From Chrysomallon squamiferum (taxonomy: Eukaryota; Animalia; Mollusca), in the NCBI GenBank assembly GCA_012295275.1, contig CM022672.1, positions 16,492,001-16,556,000 of the forward strand: a stretch of 64,000 bases of DNA, written 5' to 3'. The notes below the pieces were generated by a model. It did not search any database, was not told where the DNA came from, and saw only the letters and a list, made by a program, of their open reading frames with translations. Made by a program: the position numbers and the translations under genes. Numbering within the stretch: the first letter of the stretch is position 1; each line of letters opens with the position of its first letter. Positions 13,374 to 24,327 of the stretch are shown here, one piece after another.

Positions 13374-16289
13374 AGATTATTTCCCCTGATTTCTGTGTTG
13401 GGTTTTTATTTCTAATAGTAAAAATATTTGTATTATTGTATTCACTGACATGCGATGGCTAGAGTTTACATTGTTTACTAAGCATATTATCATTTAAACT
13501 GTAATCTTATTTTCATAAAAAAATAATAAAGTAAGAAATTCAAAGTTCATACATCATTAGATTTTGGATTTATTAGTAAAAGCAGCTTTTTGAATCGTAT
13601 TGCTTAATCAGCAGTCTTCTCGGGAAACAAAAAAAAAAAAATAATGCTTTATTAATAGTTAAATAGAAAAACTTTTTTTTTTTCTTTGGTTAATTAATTT
13701 TTGGATCAATATTTGTGCCAGAAGGGTTTTCATGTAAAGCACAGGATAGGTCGTTTCAGAAGACTATTGAGAACAAAAGATTTCATTTAGCTTTCTCTAT
13801 ATTGGTTCTCCAGTCATGCGCTACAGTTATTTAGATATTGATCAATCTGACTGAATGGATAATTCACAAACAAGATGAGGTGTATTAAATAATTGATGTG
13901 TAAAGTATGCTGAACAAAGCCTGTGTTGATAATGTATGATAAATATAAATGTCATCTGATAAACCTTTAAGACTTCTCAGATTAGAATAATGTTGTTAGC
14001 AATGGCTCCATCATCATCATCATCATTATTATTACTACTACTACTACAAGAAGGAGGCTGTTCTGATATACAACAATAATGTTATGTTTACATTCAAACT
14101 TGCTATAACGTGTTGTAAATCAGGTGATCCACTGAATAATTTTAAATAAGCAGTTTAAACATGATTTGTTTCAGGTTAAGAGGAATGGTTGAATCTTTGT
14201 GTGTGTGAGAGCAAGCAAGAAAGAAAAATAAATAAATAATTTTAACACTAAATGTAAACATTTGCTACTGTAGATTGAAAAATAAAAACATTTAATAACT
14301 TTCACTGACTGAATTTAAACAACAAACACAAAAAGTAAACACTCATCATACGACTACACAAAGCTGGTACAGTTCATTTACAGTATTGTAATTTGTGTTC
14401 ATTAATGGAACTATAGCAGCTGTTTCCTTTCATCAAGATATGTATTCCCTACTTCTAACCACAGGGAATAATTCTAGTTCATTTTTCATAATGATTAACG
14501 TGGCAATATGGTAGATAACACTGTCAGACAAGGCTTTTCACCAACATCAAACACTGCATTAACAAAGTGCTGATGAATTCAATTGTCTTCTGGACCACAC
14601 AACCATTAGCAGAATGTACGCATTATGTTGGCTTTCCAATTGATTCCTCGACTGGCCATCTGCTCTTCACTGCAACAGCTCTGGAAATAACATGGGGAAA
14701 TGAACGTATTGATTTGTGAAATCAATGCAAAATGCATTAGTTTGGCTTAGCTGGCTCGACACTCATATCAAGTAAGCAATTAAGATGAGATCCATGGTGG
14801 TCTCAAAAACAACTGGAGATAACAAGTGTGTCCTTAGTGCTAATAAACTTGTTTTAAAATGTCTGATCACTTTTTATTGAATTTTTGGAACGTGTAATCA
14901 TGATGTAAGCTAAAACACTTGAAAGGATTTTCTCGAAACAAGTAATGTTTTGTGCTGGTAACACGAGAGTTGTGTGGGAAAACAAAATCAAATAAATTTC
15001 TCAGATTTATCTCCAAATGTTATAAAAATAAATATATTGCTAGCTATAAAAAAATTTAATATAATTTACTGTCGGCACTGGTAGTTTCAGATAATGTGTA
15101 ATGTCCATTAATGGGTTTATTCAGTATTTTTTATTAGTAGGGTTTTTGGATTTTTTTTTATCCTTTCTGCCCTGAATTGAGCTTTTGGCTTACCAAATGA
15201 AATGAAAGAATGAAATATGCCAACAACCAATATAAAATTATTAATCTCATTCAGAAATGAAATGAATATGAAAACTGGGTGATTTTTTTTATTGTATTAA
15301 TGGGTTACTTCTGCTATTTATTTATTATTTTATTATTTTTTTTTTTTTTAATGTTTTTTATTTTTTTTAAATGGTAATAATCCATTTCTCAGATAATGAT
15401 AACAGATGATACTGGCTGCTACTCAATTAGTAACAAGGAATTTTTTATATCTGTGAAAACACAGCCTCTATTAAGCTCGTTATGCAAACAATAAAAACAA
15501 TTGGTGTGGTATCATTTTGAAAATAATACAGATACAACTTGTGTCATGGGTCATTACACATTGCAAAATAGCAACAAATGTACTAAATGCTCAGATAAAC
15601 TAAATCAAATATAAAGCTTTTATAAATTCTACATACCTTGAATTCTGAAGTGAAACATCAAAAATCCAGTAAAAACTATTAAAGTATTCGGTCTTCATAC
15701 TGAAACACTAGTCTTATTTATATTCAAATATATTCTGTAGCTGTTCTTTCCACGTTTTAAATCAATTGATTTCTTATTAAAACAAAATCAAATCATCCTA
15801 AATATAACATTTAATATTTAATGTCTTGACATGTCATTTCTAAGTTAAAGTCAACAAATTAAAGCAGCTTTTATATGTGCTTAAGTCAACATTTTGTAAA
15901 TTAAAAAGTTTTATGGGTGCACCTATTTTCCTTTAATGATTTACACAATTTATTACAAAATAAAAGTAGTATTTATCTGTATGCCAGCCTTCCTGTGTAT
16001 TGTATAGATTTAAAAATCATCTTAACAGTCTTCATCAGTGTTCAGTACATGGTATTGATTTCCGCAGAAACAAATAACACTGTCATCAAATAGTTCAGTT
16101 TAGGCCAAGGCCAACCTGGATTTAGTGGCTGACCAGAAGTGATAGTATGTTAAAGTCTAAATATGTCGTATAATAATAATAATAATAATAATAATATAAA
16201 AAAATAAATATTTAAGTTTAAAATTAGAATGTATTCAAACAATAGCTTTTCACTTCTGTTTTTAAAAACATGTTTTTAGGCTTGTCTTT

Positions 16290-16327
<38 letters not shown>

Positions 16328-17483
16328 ATTATATTTACTTTTTGTTATTAATTATTATTTACATTATTTTATTATTTTTGATGTCAAGGATTTTTTTATG
16401 TAATAATGAGGAATAATTATGCTGCTGTATTCTTTTTTTATTATATTTATTTATTTATTTATTTGTGCTAATTATAGAGAAATACCAAAAAGTAGCAATA
16501 ATTACTTTTAAACATAAAAAATACAGATCTTTCTAATGTCTGATACAATACAAACAGTACAAAAACAATTCCCCTCAAAAAAAGGATTAATTTTTTTTAA
16601 ATAATTTTTTATCCTTTTTTAATTAATTTATTTTTATTTGTTTAGCTTTTATCTTCATTAAATACTACAGATCAATATTTATCTACCTGCTTTGTACCAT
16701 TTATTATTATTATTTTATTACTTTATTTATATATTTATTAATACATAAAATATTAAAGTCATTTGTTAAGAAATTATGATCTTAATGTCAGTTCACATTA
16801 CAAACAATAAAAAACAAAAGACAAAAGAACATTTTATCTGCATTTGCCATTTTATTAAACACACACAATTTTAATACATATACTATATAAAATAAACAGT
16901 ATATTCGTTCCTAAATCCATGCATACAGACACACGCACACACGAAATATATATTTTTTATTCAACAGTTTTCATTCACAAAGAAGTAGGCTTGAGAAAAT
17001 ATTTATTTTCAGTCGGTGAGTTAGTTAATCTCTGACAAAAACACCTGTTTACCTCGAAGTTGTTTTCTGTTTTTATACCTGCACGTTGTTTACAAGTCAC
17101 ATCTGCACTTCAGCATTCCACAAGAGTTTTCTCAAGCAGCCTGCTATTCTTAGTGTCTCTGATGATCTTTGCAGATTCGGTAATGTCTTGTATATAAGAT
17201 CAACTCACTGTTTTCCCATGAAACCCAGATCTCTTAGAATCAGTCTCTGGGCTGCAGTCCAAACTCTTAAGAACGAAAGCTTTATTTTTTATTTTTTTAT
17301 TTTTATTTTTTTTGTTATTTGCTTATTCTCATGTGTGCAATTTATGTAGCAGTTGATATGAGTTCCAGATGAATTCATTCTGATACAGTTATAAAACTCT
17401 TTGTGTTTTTTTCAGTTAATTGATCATTATAAAGTGATAAAGAGATTTTGATTTTGTTTTATACATTTGTTTTTTGTTTAAAT

Positions 17484-17712
17484 ATTGTTGTTATTATTTA
17501 TAATAGTAGTAGTACTACTAGTATTTGTTCTGTTATTATTTATAGTAGTAGTAGTAGTACTACTAGTATTTGTTCTGTTATTATTTATAGTAGTAGTAGT
17601 ACTACTAGTATTTGTTCTGTTATTATTTATAGTAGTAGTAGTACTACTAGTATTTGTTCTGTTATTATTTATAGTAGTAGTAGTACTACTAGTATTTGTT
17701 CTGTTATTATTA
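17484..17712. repeat. Minisatellite, about 5 copies of a 42-bp unit
   Basis: Unit tgttctgttattatttatagtagtagtagtactactagtatt repeated in tandem; one copy has an extra TAG. It produces the spurious SSSSTTSICSVIIY-repeat ORF. Confidence 0.9.
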
Positions 17713-17744
17713 CACTCATGTTGATTTTTTACATTATTATTGCT

Positions 17745-17789
<45 letters not shown>

Positions 17790-20321
17790 TTTTGGAGTAT
17801 TATTATGGTTTTAATTGATTACTTAATAATTAATTTATAATTATTATTATTATTGTTGTTGTTGTTACAAATTATTATAATTACAGTCATTATTATTATC
17901 ATAATTATTATTATTGTTATTTTTATTATTTATTATTTATTTATTTATTTATTTATTAGTTATTTATTTTATTTTTTATTATTGGTATATAACCTTTTGG
18001 AGTTATATGAGGTTTATATTAAATATTATGATATTTTCTCATTTTGCATACTTTATGTGTTTTGTTTGTTTGGCAAATAGTCTGAGTCTATAATACAAAA
18101 CATTTAAAAACAAAAATAACATTATTTTCAGTGTTTACAAAGAATCAGTTTATTTATTTATATCACTTTCTACAAATTACATTATTATTAAGATTTATAT
18201 TATTTATTTATTTACCACAATAAAATAATTTTTTATAAACACATCAAGAACTTAAACTTCATGACTAATTAAATATTCCATTGTTTAAATTTAATTATCA
18301 CTGGTTTGTTTACAAGACACTCCTAACATGGATAAACAGGTGTATTAATGAAGCGAACAATAAAATAATAGGAAATATTTTAATAAAACAACGAAATAAA
18401 TTAAAGCGAAAAAATAAAATAAATTTATAAAATATATTCATCGATTTAATGCAAGGGAGACAACTCAATATTTCTGAACTGTTAATAGACCAACAAGAGT
18501 TATCTCGCTTTTTGACTGTTTCGATACCTAATAACGTAAAAAAAAAAAAAACATTATTTAAAACAAACACACATGAATATTTATACAGATATAAGTATTA
18601 TTCAAATTAATCATTATTGTTATTATTATTAAAAGAATACTGTTATTAATATTACTAGTCACAGTAGTATTAATTATTATATTACTCTTCAAACAAATTT
18701 TGTTTACTAATTGAAAATAAATATAAATAATACTTTTATTTTATATATGTTTTCTGTTCATATTTCTTCATTCATTTCATTATTACATATTACACAGAGT
18801 GTGAAATCGATAGAATTATTATAAAAAAGCAGAAGGGATAGGATCAATTACTTAACATACAATATGCAAGGGATAAGAAAATGCAGAAAATCCAGAAAAC
18901 CACCTATTTTTTTAAAGTGGCTACTTTTGAATTAGGCATGCTTTGTTTTAGTTTCTGTGGTGCCAGTTCAAGCGAAAGTGTTGTTGTTTACTTCGGCTGA
19001 CTCTCATTTTCATTTACAATATCTAAATTAAAACTAGAACAAAACGTCACATGCTAGCGAAAAGCATATTTTGTGCAGGTGTTTTACAAATTTTAAGTAA
19101 TTCGATAAAGATCAACTGGACCATGCTTTTGAACTGTATTAAACTGTATCTTTTAAATAAAATGTCATTCTTCTTTCTTTTCTTTTTTTGAGTGCTTTTT
19201 TGACTGTTTATATTATATTTTAAGTATAGATTTAGACTGTATTTAGAAAACCATCAAGTCCAGAAATCTGGATAAAAAATCTGGTATCCATATTACTTAC
19301 TACATACACTGTGAAGGAGCAGGATTATTTCATTATCTCATCTACTTGGATGTAAGAAGGGACAAGAACATTTCATTATTACATTCACAAAGAAATGATA
19401 GGATCATTTCATTAATATACACAAACAGAAGGAATAAGGCACTTCTTGTAAAGTTTGTAGTAAATAGAACCTGCAAGTACCTTCAAAATATCTAAAGACA
19501 TTCCCCAACTTACACAGGTCCATCATTCTTGAGAACTGTGTCACAAAAATAAAACTGTTGTTTAATTAGGAAAATGAGTCAGGAAAATACTGTTTTATAT
19601 GACAACAGGATCTACATATTTTAGGGAGTGGCTGTGCCATATATTCAACCTTCTGAATATATTCATTTCTAAACTCTTTATTAAAGAAACAACTGGTAAT
19701 CAGCACCTTGGTATGTACCATCTATATTTTATTTTTATTTTTATTTCAAGCCAAATATCTCAATTTGGATCATATTTGAATATTTTCATATTCAATACAA
19801 AAGTATTTGTTAAAACTGCTGTCATTAAAGGCAGATATTTATGCAGCAGTAGCAACTTACAATAAAGTGCCTGTCTTATTTTAAAGGATCATTCAGCATC
19901 GGCAACATTGGTTAAGTTACTCATCCATTCAAAATACAAAAGTTTATTCGATAATAAAAATATAATTAAAAAAATTAATTAAAAAAGTATGAAGGATTTC
20001 TTTGTGTGCATGTATGGTTTTTTTTTTTTGTGGTTTTTGTTCAGCATCGCAGCTTTAAAGCATGTATTATTATTGCTTCAGTATTCACAATTTTCATTTT
20101 ATTTCATTTTATCACATATTAAATATATTATGCATTAGAAAATAAACTAGAAAATAATATAACAATCTGCACCTTGAACTAAAAATATAAAAGTGGCTAA
20201 AAAATTATCTGTTTGAAAGCAACTACTTAGTTATTTCAAAAGAAAAATTCAACTGTTATAATTAAATTTTAAAGGCTACAATATTTGATATGAAACAGTT
20301 GCTAACTAAATATGCCACTTC

Positions 20322-20404
20322 AAACATGAAGGAAGCCCTTTAATAATGGAAAGTTTTATCTTTCAGAGCAGGTGTGCTTTTCCCACATAAGAGTTTCTAT
20401 ATAA
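20322..20404 (+). promoter_or_regulatory. Proximal promoter of secreted peptide copy 1
   Basis: TATATAA at 20398-20404, about 50 nt before the ATG. The block aaacatgaaggaagccctt (20322-20340) and gtgtgcttttcccac are shared with the copy 2 promoter. Confidence 0.6.
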
Positions 20405-20455
20405 TTCTAGGCACTTGCTTTAGAACTGTTAAAATTCTTAGCCTTTGATAAAACC

Positions 20456-21465
20456 ATGAAGACTGCCGTTGTATTTGCTCTTGTAGCAGTTTTCTGCTCT
20501 GTTAATGGTATGTGTTTATTATTAGTTGTTGTTGTTGTTGTTTCTTCTTTGTCTTCTTCTTCTTCTTCTTCTTTGTTTTTGTTGTTGTTGTTGTTGTTAT
20601 TGGTAGTAGTAGTAGTAATAGTAATAATGGTGGTGGTATTGGTTACAGTACTGGTACTGGAATTGCAGTTATGGCAGTGGTCGTAGTAGTAGCAGTAATG
20701 GTAAAGCTGATGGTGGTCAAAGAAGTTGTAGTAGTATTGTAGTTGTGATGATGGTGGTGGTAATGGTAGTGACTGTAACAGTGGTTATTGTAATGGTTGT
20801 GGTAGTGGTAGTGACAATGGCAGTGACTGAAAAAGTCACTGTTATTCACTGACCTTTGTCACTGAGATCACATCATTCAGAAGAGGAATTATTTATTATA
20901 TAACACTATAGTAAATTTATGAATAAATACTTCATCACTTATTAAAAAAACTAACCTTATAAATACTGGACTTACTCATACATTTTTTTTTTTTTAAATG
21001 ATCAAGTTTGGAATTATAGACAATTATTTAGATCGTATATTTAATAATGCCACTGTGTATGTCATTTATAAAATATAGTACTAAATAATGATGTGATGTA
21101 TTTCCTGATTTTCAACATAATTTTACTGTTTTAGGTGCCCCTCTTAAGGAACGAAGCATCTTCAATAATCGTAAGCCACAGACATTTTTTATTTCTTTTT
21201 TAAAATTAATCAGATAATCAGTTCAAGTTCCTTTCCATTCTGATTCAATATTTTTAACTAGTTACTTCATGTTTAATCTGTGTTCAAAGCTGTGCATCTA
21301 AAAATTTTAAATTATGTGAGATCTACAAAAATACTTTTGTTTTGCAATTATCATTAAAATATATTATAATTATTTATGTTATTATTATTATTTTTGTTGT
21401 GTTATTGTTATTGTTGCTGAGGTCATTGCCAGTATTATTATCACTGTTAATGTTGTTGTTGTTGC

Positions 21466-21507
<42 letters not shown>

Positions 21508-22079
21508 AGTTAATGTTGTTATTTTTATTATTACAGTTTTGGGCACTGGGTTGGGCTGTCCTTTAGTGAACTGTTTTGTTGATCCCTGCATGATGGGTAG
21601 TTGTGCAGCACATCCAGAAGCAGTATGTCAGGTAAGTTTTACTCTCTTGTTCATGTTGTTATCTCACATACACATCTAACCCTAAACACACGCACAGACA
21701 TACACACAGAGACACACACACACACACATACACACCTAAACATACCCAAACATATACACATTTGCACACAAACACAGATATACACTAATATAAATTACAA
21801 ATTAAAAAAATATTGCACATCTTTTTAATAATGAATGACTTTACATTATCAAATGAATTACCTGAAATGTTTTATGAATTTTTATAATGGTATCTCAGTT
21901 TTATTAATTTAAAAAAAAACATGGTTAATATGCATGCACAGAAACACAAACATGTGAAGATATACAAATACATAAATACATTTGTTCTGTAACTTTGCTT
22001 AAATGTTTTGTTTAATTTCAGACAAGGATGTTACTGCACTGCAAAATATTATGTCAATGGCATGGAAGTCTCTTGCTAA
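20456..22079 (+). CDS. Small secreted cysteine-rich peptide precursor, copy 1 (VNCFVDPC-type module), with an apparent 1-nt frame mismatch at the exon 3/4 junction
   Basis: Exons 20456-20507, 21135-21170, 21537-21631, 22022-22079 encode signal MKTAVVFALVAVFCSVNG, pro-piece APLKER, then SIFNNLLGTGLGCPLVNCFVDPCMMGSCAAHPEAVC and QGCYCTAKYYVNGMEVSC*. AATAAA near 22117. Exon 3 ends in phase 0 but the conserved exon 4 frame needs phase 2. Confidence 0.75.
20524..20822. repeat. Compound trinucleotide low-complexity tract (GTT/TTC/GTA/GTG)n in intron 1 of peptide copy 1
   Basis: Triplet runs are directly visible and generate the poly-V/S/L ORF artefacts. Confidence 0.85.
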
Positions 22080-22620
22080 TTAACCCTGCCAATTACTGAT
22101 TTCAAAGAAGAACAGAAATAAATAAAATTTTAAATTTTAACAATCTTGTTTGTTAAAGATTTAGCTTAATGTAGTTCTTTGAAGTTTATACATTGGGTGA
22201 AAATAGTGGTAGAGTAACGAAACTGTATTGTAACTAATAAAGATACAAAAAATGTATTTAATGATGCATTCAGTAAGCCTACATTTGTATCTACCATTAC
22301 ACTGTCTTGTTACTGAACTTATAGACAGAAGGGTTACTGTTTTTCATTATCATTAAGGATTCTGTTATATGCCCCTTTCTATAAACAGGAAAATTTATAT
22401 CACAAACTTTGATAAACCACAAGTTCATTTGAGATGTGTGAAAACAATTCTATGTTAGTTTGAGTGTGCCAAGGAATTTGGTCTTTGATGAATACATGTA
22501 ATGTAAGGTTGCTAAGAAAACAACTATTTTGTTTGTTCAAAAAGAATTCAGCTGTTATAATTAAATATTAATGGTGCCAGATTTTACTTGAAACAATGGC
22601 CCACTGAAAAATACTAGTTA

Positions 22621-22709
22621 AAACATGAAGGAAGCCCTTCAATAAAAAAAAATGTATCTTTCAAAATGTGTGCTTTTCCCACGTTAGAGTTTTAAAATAA
22701 TTATATAAA
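22621..22709 (+). promoter_or_regulatory. Proximal promoter of secreted peptide copy 2
   Basis: Same conserved blocks as copy 1 (aaacatgaaggaagccctt at 22621-22639; gtgtgcttttcccac) and TATATAAA at 22702-22709. Confidence 0.55.
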
Positions 22710-22755
22710 TACACTGGCTTTAGAACTCCTAAGATTCTCTGTCTTTGATAAAATC

Positions 22756-23812
22756 ATGAACACTGTCATTGTATTTGCTCTTGTAACAGTTTTCTGCTTG
22801 GTTAATGGTACAAGTTTTTATTTATTTATTTATTATTAGTAGTAGTAGTAGCAGCAGTAACAGTAATGGTAGTAGTGGTATTTCAGTGGTAGTTGAGGCA
22901 ATGATAGTGGTAAACTTTGAAATTATAATGTTCAAGAGAGTAATTCATCATTACACAACATTAAAAAAATACTTCATAACCTAATTAAAAAATAATAATA
23001 ATAAAATAAAATAAATGATTATAACCAAATGGTTAACTGTATTTACTAATCCAGGAGAGCCTCTGTCCTCTGCTAAACATTTTAAACATTACTATTAATT
23101 TTATTTCATTTGTAATAAGTTAGCATCTTAAAAAGCTCAAAACTATTCTGACTTTGAATATAGTGTAATGTTGAAACATGGCTGTAAATTTTTCTGGAAA
23201 CTTCTTTCTTCCTTGAACTTTTAAACTTATTAAAGGTAACAGATTTATTTAAATCTTCAGTGATGCTCTTAGTGAAGCAGATAAAGAGACTAAAATTTAA
23301 ATTGTCAAGGGAATTGTTTTTAACTTCAGTTGCTTTAAACCGACACTGCCTAGGTTGTATCTTTAATAATACCTGGGTGTGTTTCCTAATTTGTTAACAT
23401 AGTCTTACTGTTTCAGGTGCACCTGTGGAAGAACGAGCTTTTGTCTGTAATTGTAAGCAATAGACAATTTTGTTTTTTAAATTAAAAAATTAATTCAAGT
23501 TCCTTTCCTTTCCTACTGAATATTTACAACATAATCATTAGTTATTCTACTTCACGTTTCTTAACTTTACTCTCTCAAGGATAATTATCTATATATTCTC
23601 ATTTATCACCATCACAGAAACTAAGTCAATATGCTTAAACTTCTTTCAAATTATTCATCTAACATTAGAAATTATATAATACATACACATGAACACAGAC
23701 ACATAAGAACATGTTTTCTAATTATCACGAAAATATATAACTATTGATAAATCTGTTATTATTAATTTTATTACTGCTAATGTTGGTCTCCTTATTACTA
23801 TTGCCATTGCCT

Positions 23813-23884
<72 letters not shown>

Positions 23885-24327
23885 GTGTTGTTGTTGTTAG
23901 TTTTAAGCAGTGGACTTGGCTGTGCTACAGTAAATTGTTTTATTGAAAGATTTGTATGAGATACCCTGAAGCAGAATGCCGGCAAGTTCTGCTCTCATTC
24001 TTACTATTATTTCATACACGTGCAAACATACCTATACATACCCAGTTATATACATATATACAAATTTGCAAACACAAATATACATTAATATGAAGTCAGA
24101 TACAAATATTTTTAATAATGATTGTATGTTACTAATCCAAGTGAATTATCTGTCTGAAATTTGCATGAGTATTTAAAATATCTGTTTTATTGGAATAGAT
24201 ATATTTTTAATATGGATAACATGCATTACATATAGAAATGTTTTACTTAAATGTTTTGTTTAATTTCAGGCAAAGCTGTTATTGCACTGCAAAATTTTAT
24301 ATTAACGGCATGGAAGTCCAGTGTTAA
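22756..24327 (+). pseudogene. Secreted cysteine-rich peptide, tandem copy 2, frameshifted
   Basis: Exons 22756-22807, 23417-23452, 23901-23981 (GC donor), 24270-24327 encode MNTVIVFALVTVFCLVNG-APVEERAFVCN-FLSSGLGCATVNCFIE. A net 13-nt deletion relative to copy 1 then gives TGA at 23957-23959. The downstream frame still reads CMRYPEAECRQSCYCTAKFYINGMEVQC*. Confidence 0.72.
23815..23884. repeat. (ATT)n microsatellite
   Basis: Long uninterrupted ATT run just before the exon 3 acceptor of copy 2. An equivalent run precedes exon 3 of copy 1 (about 21467-21505). Confidence 0.95.

Noticed and set aside
17050-17270. Minus-strand frame with in-frame TGA codons (LVEC*SADVTC) as a possible selenoprotein
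   Set aside because: No recognisable selenoprotein family motif, no start or acceptor context, and no SECIS element identified.
17484-17712. CRISPR-like array (regular palindromic repeats)
   Set aside because: The units are contiguous with no unique spacers, there are no cas genes, and the context is eukaryotic; it is a minisatellite.
17448-18080. Hydrophobic ORFs resembling membrane proteins (also 20512-20742, 21342-21566, 23744-23959, 60386-60658)
   Set aside because: They are translations of ATT, GTT and TG microsatellites and T-runs.
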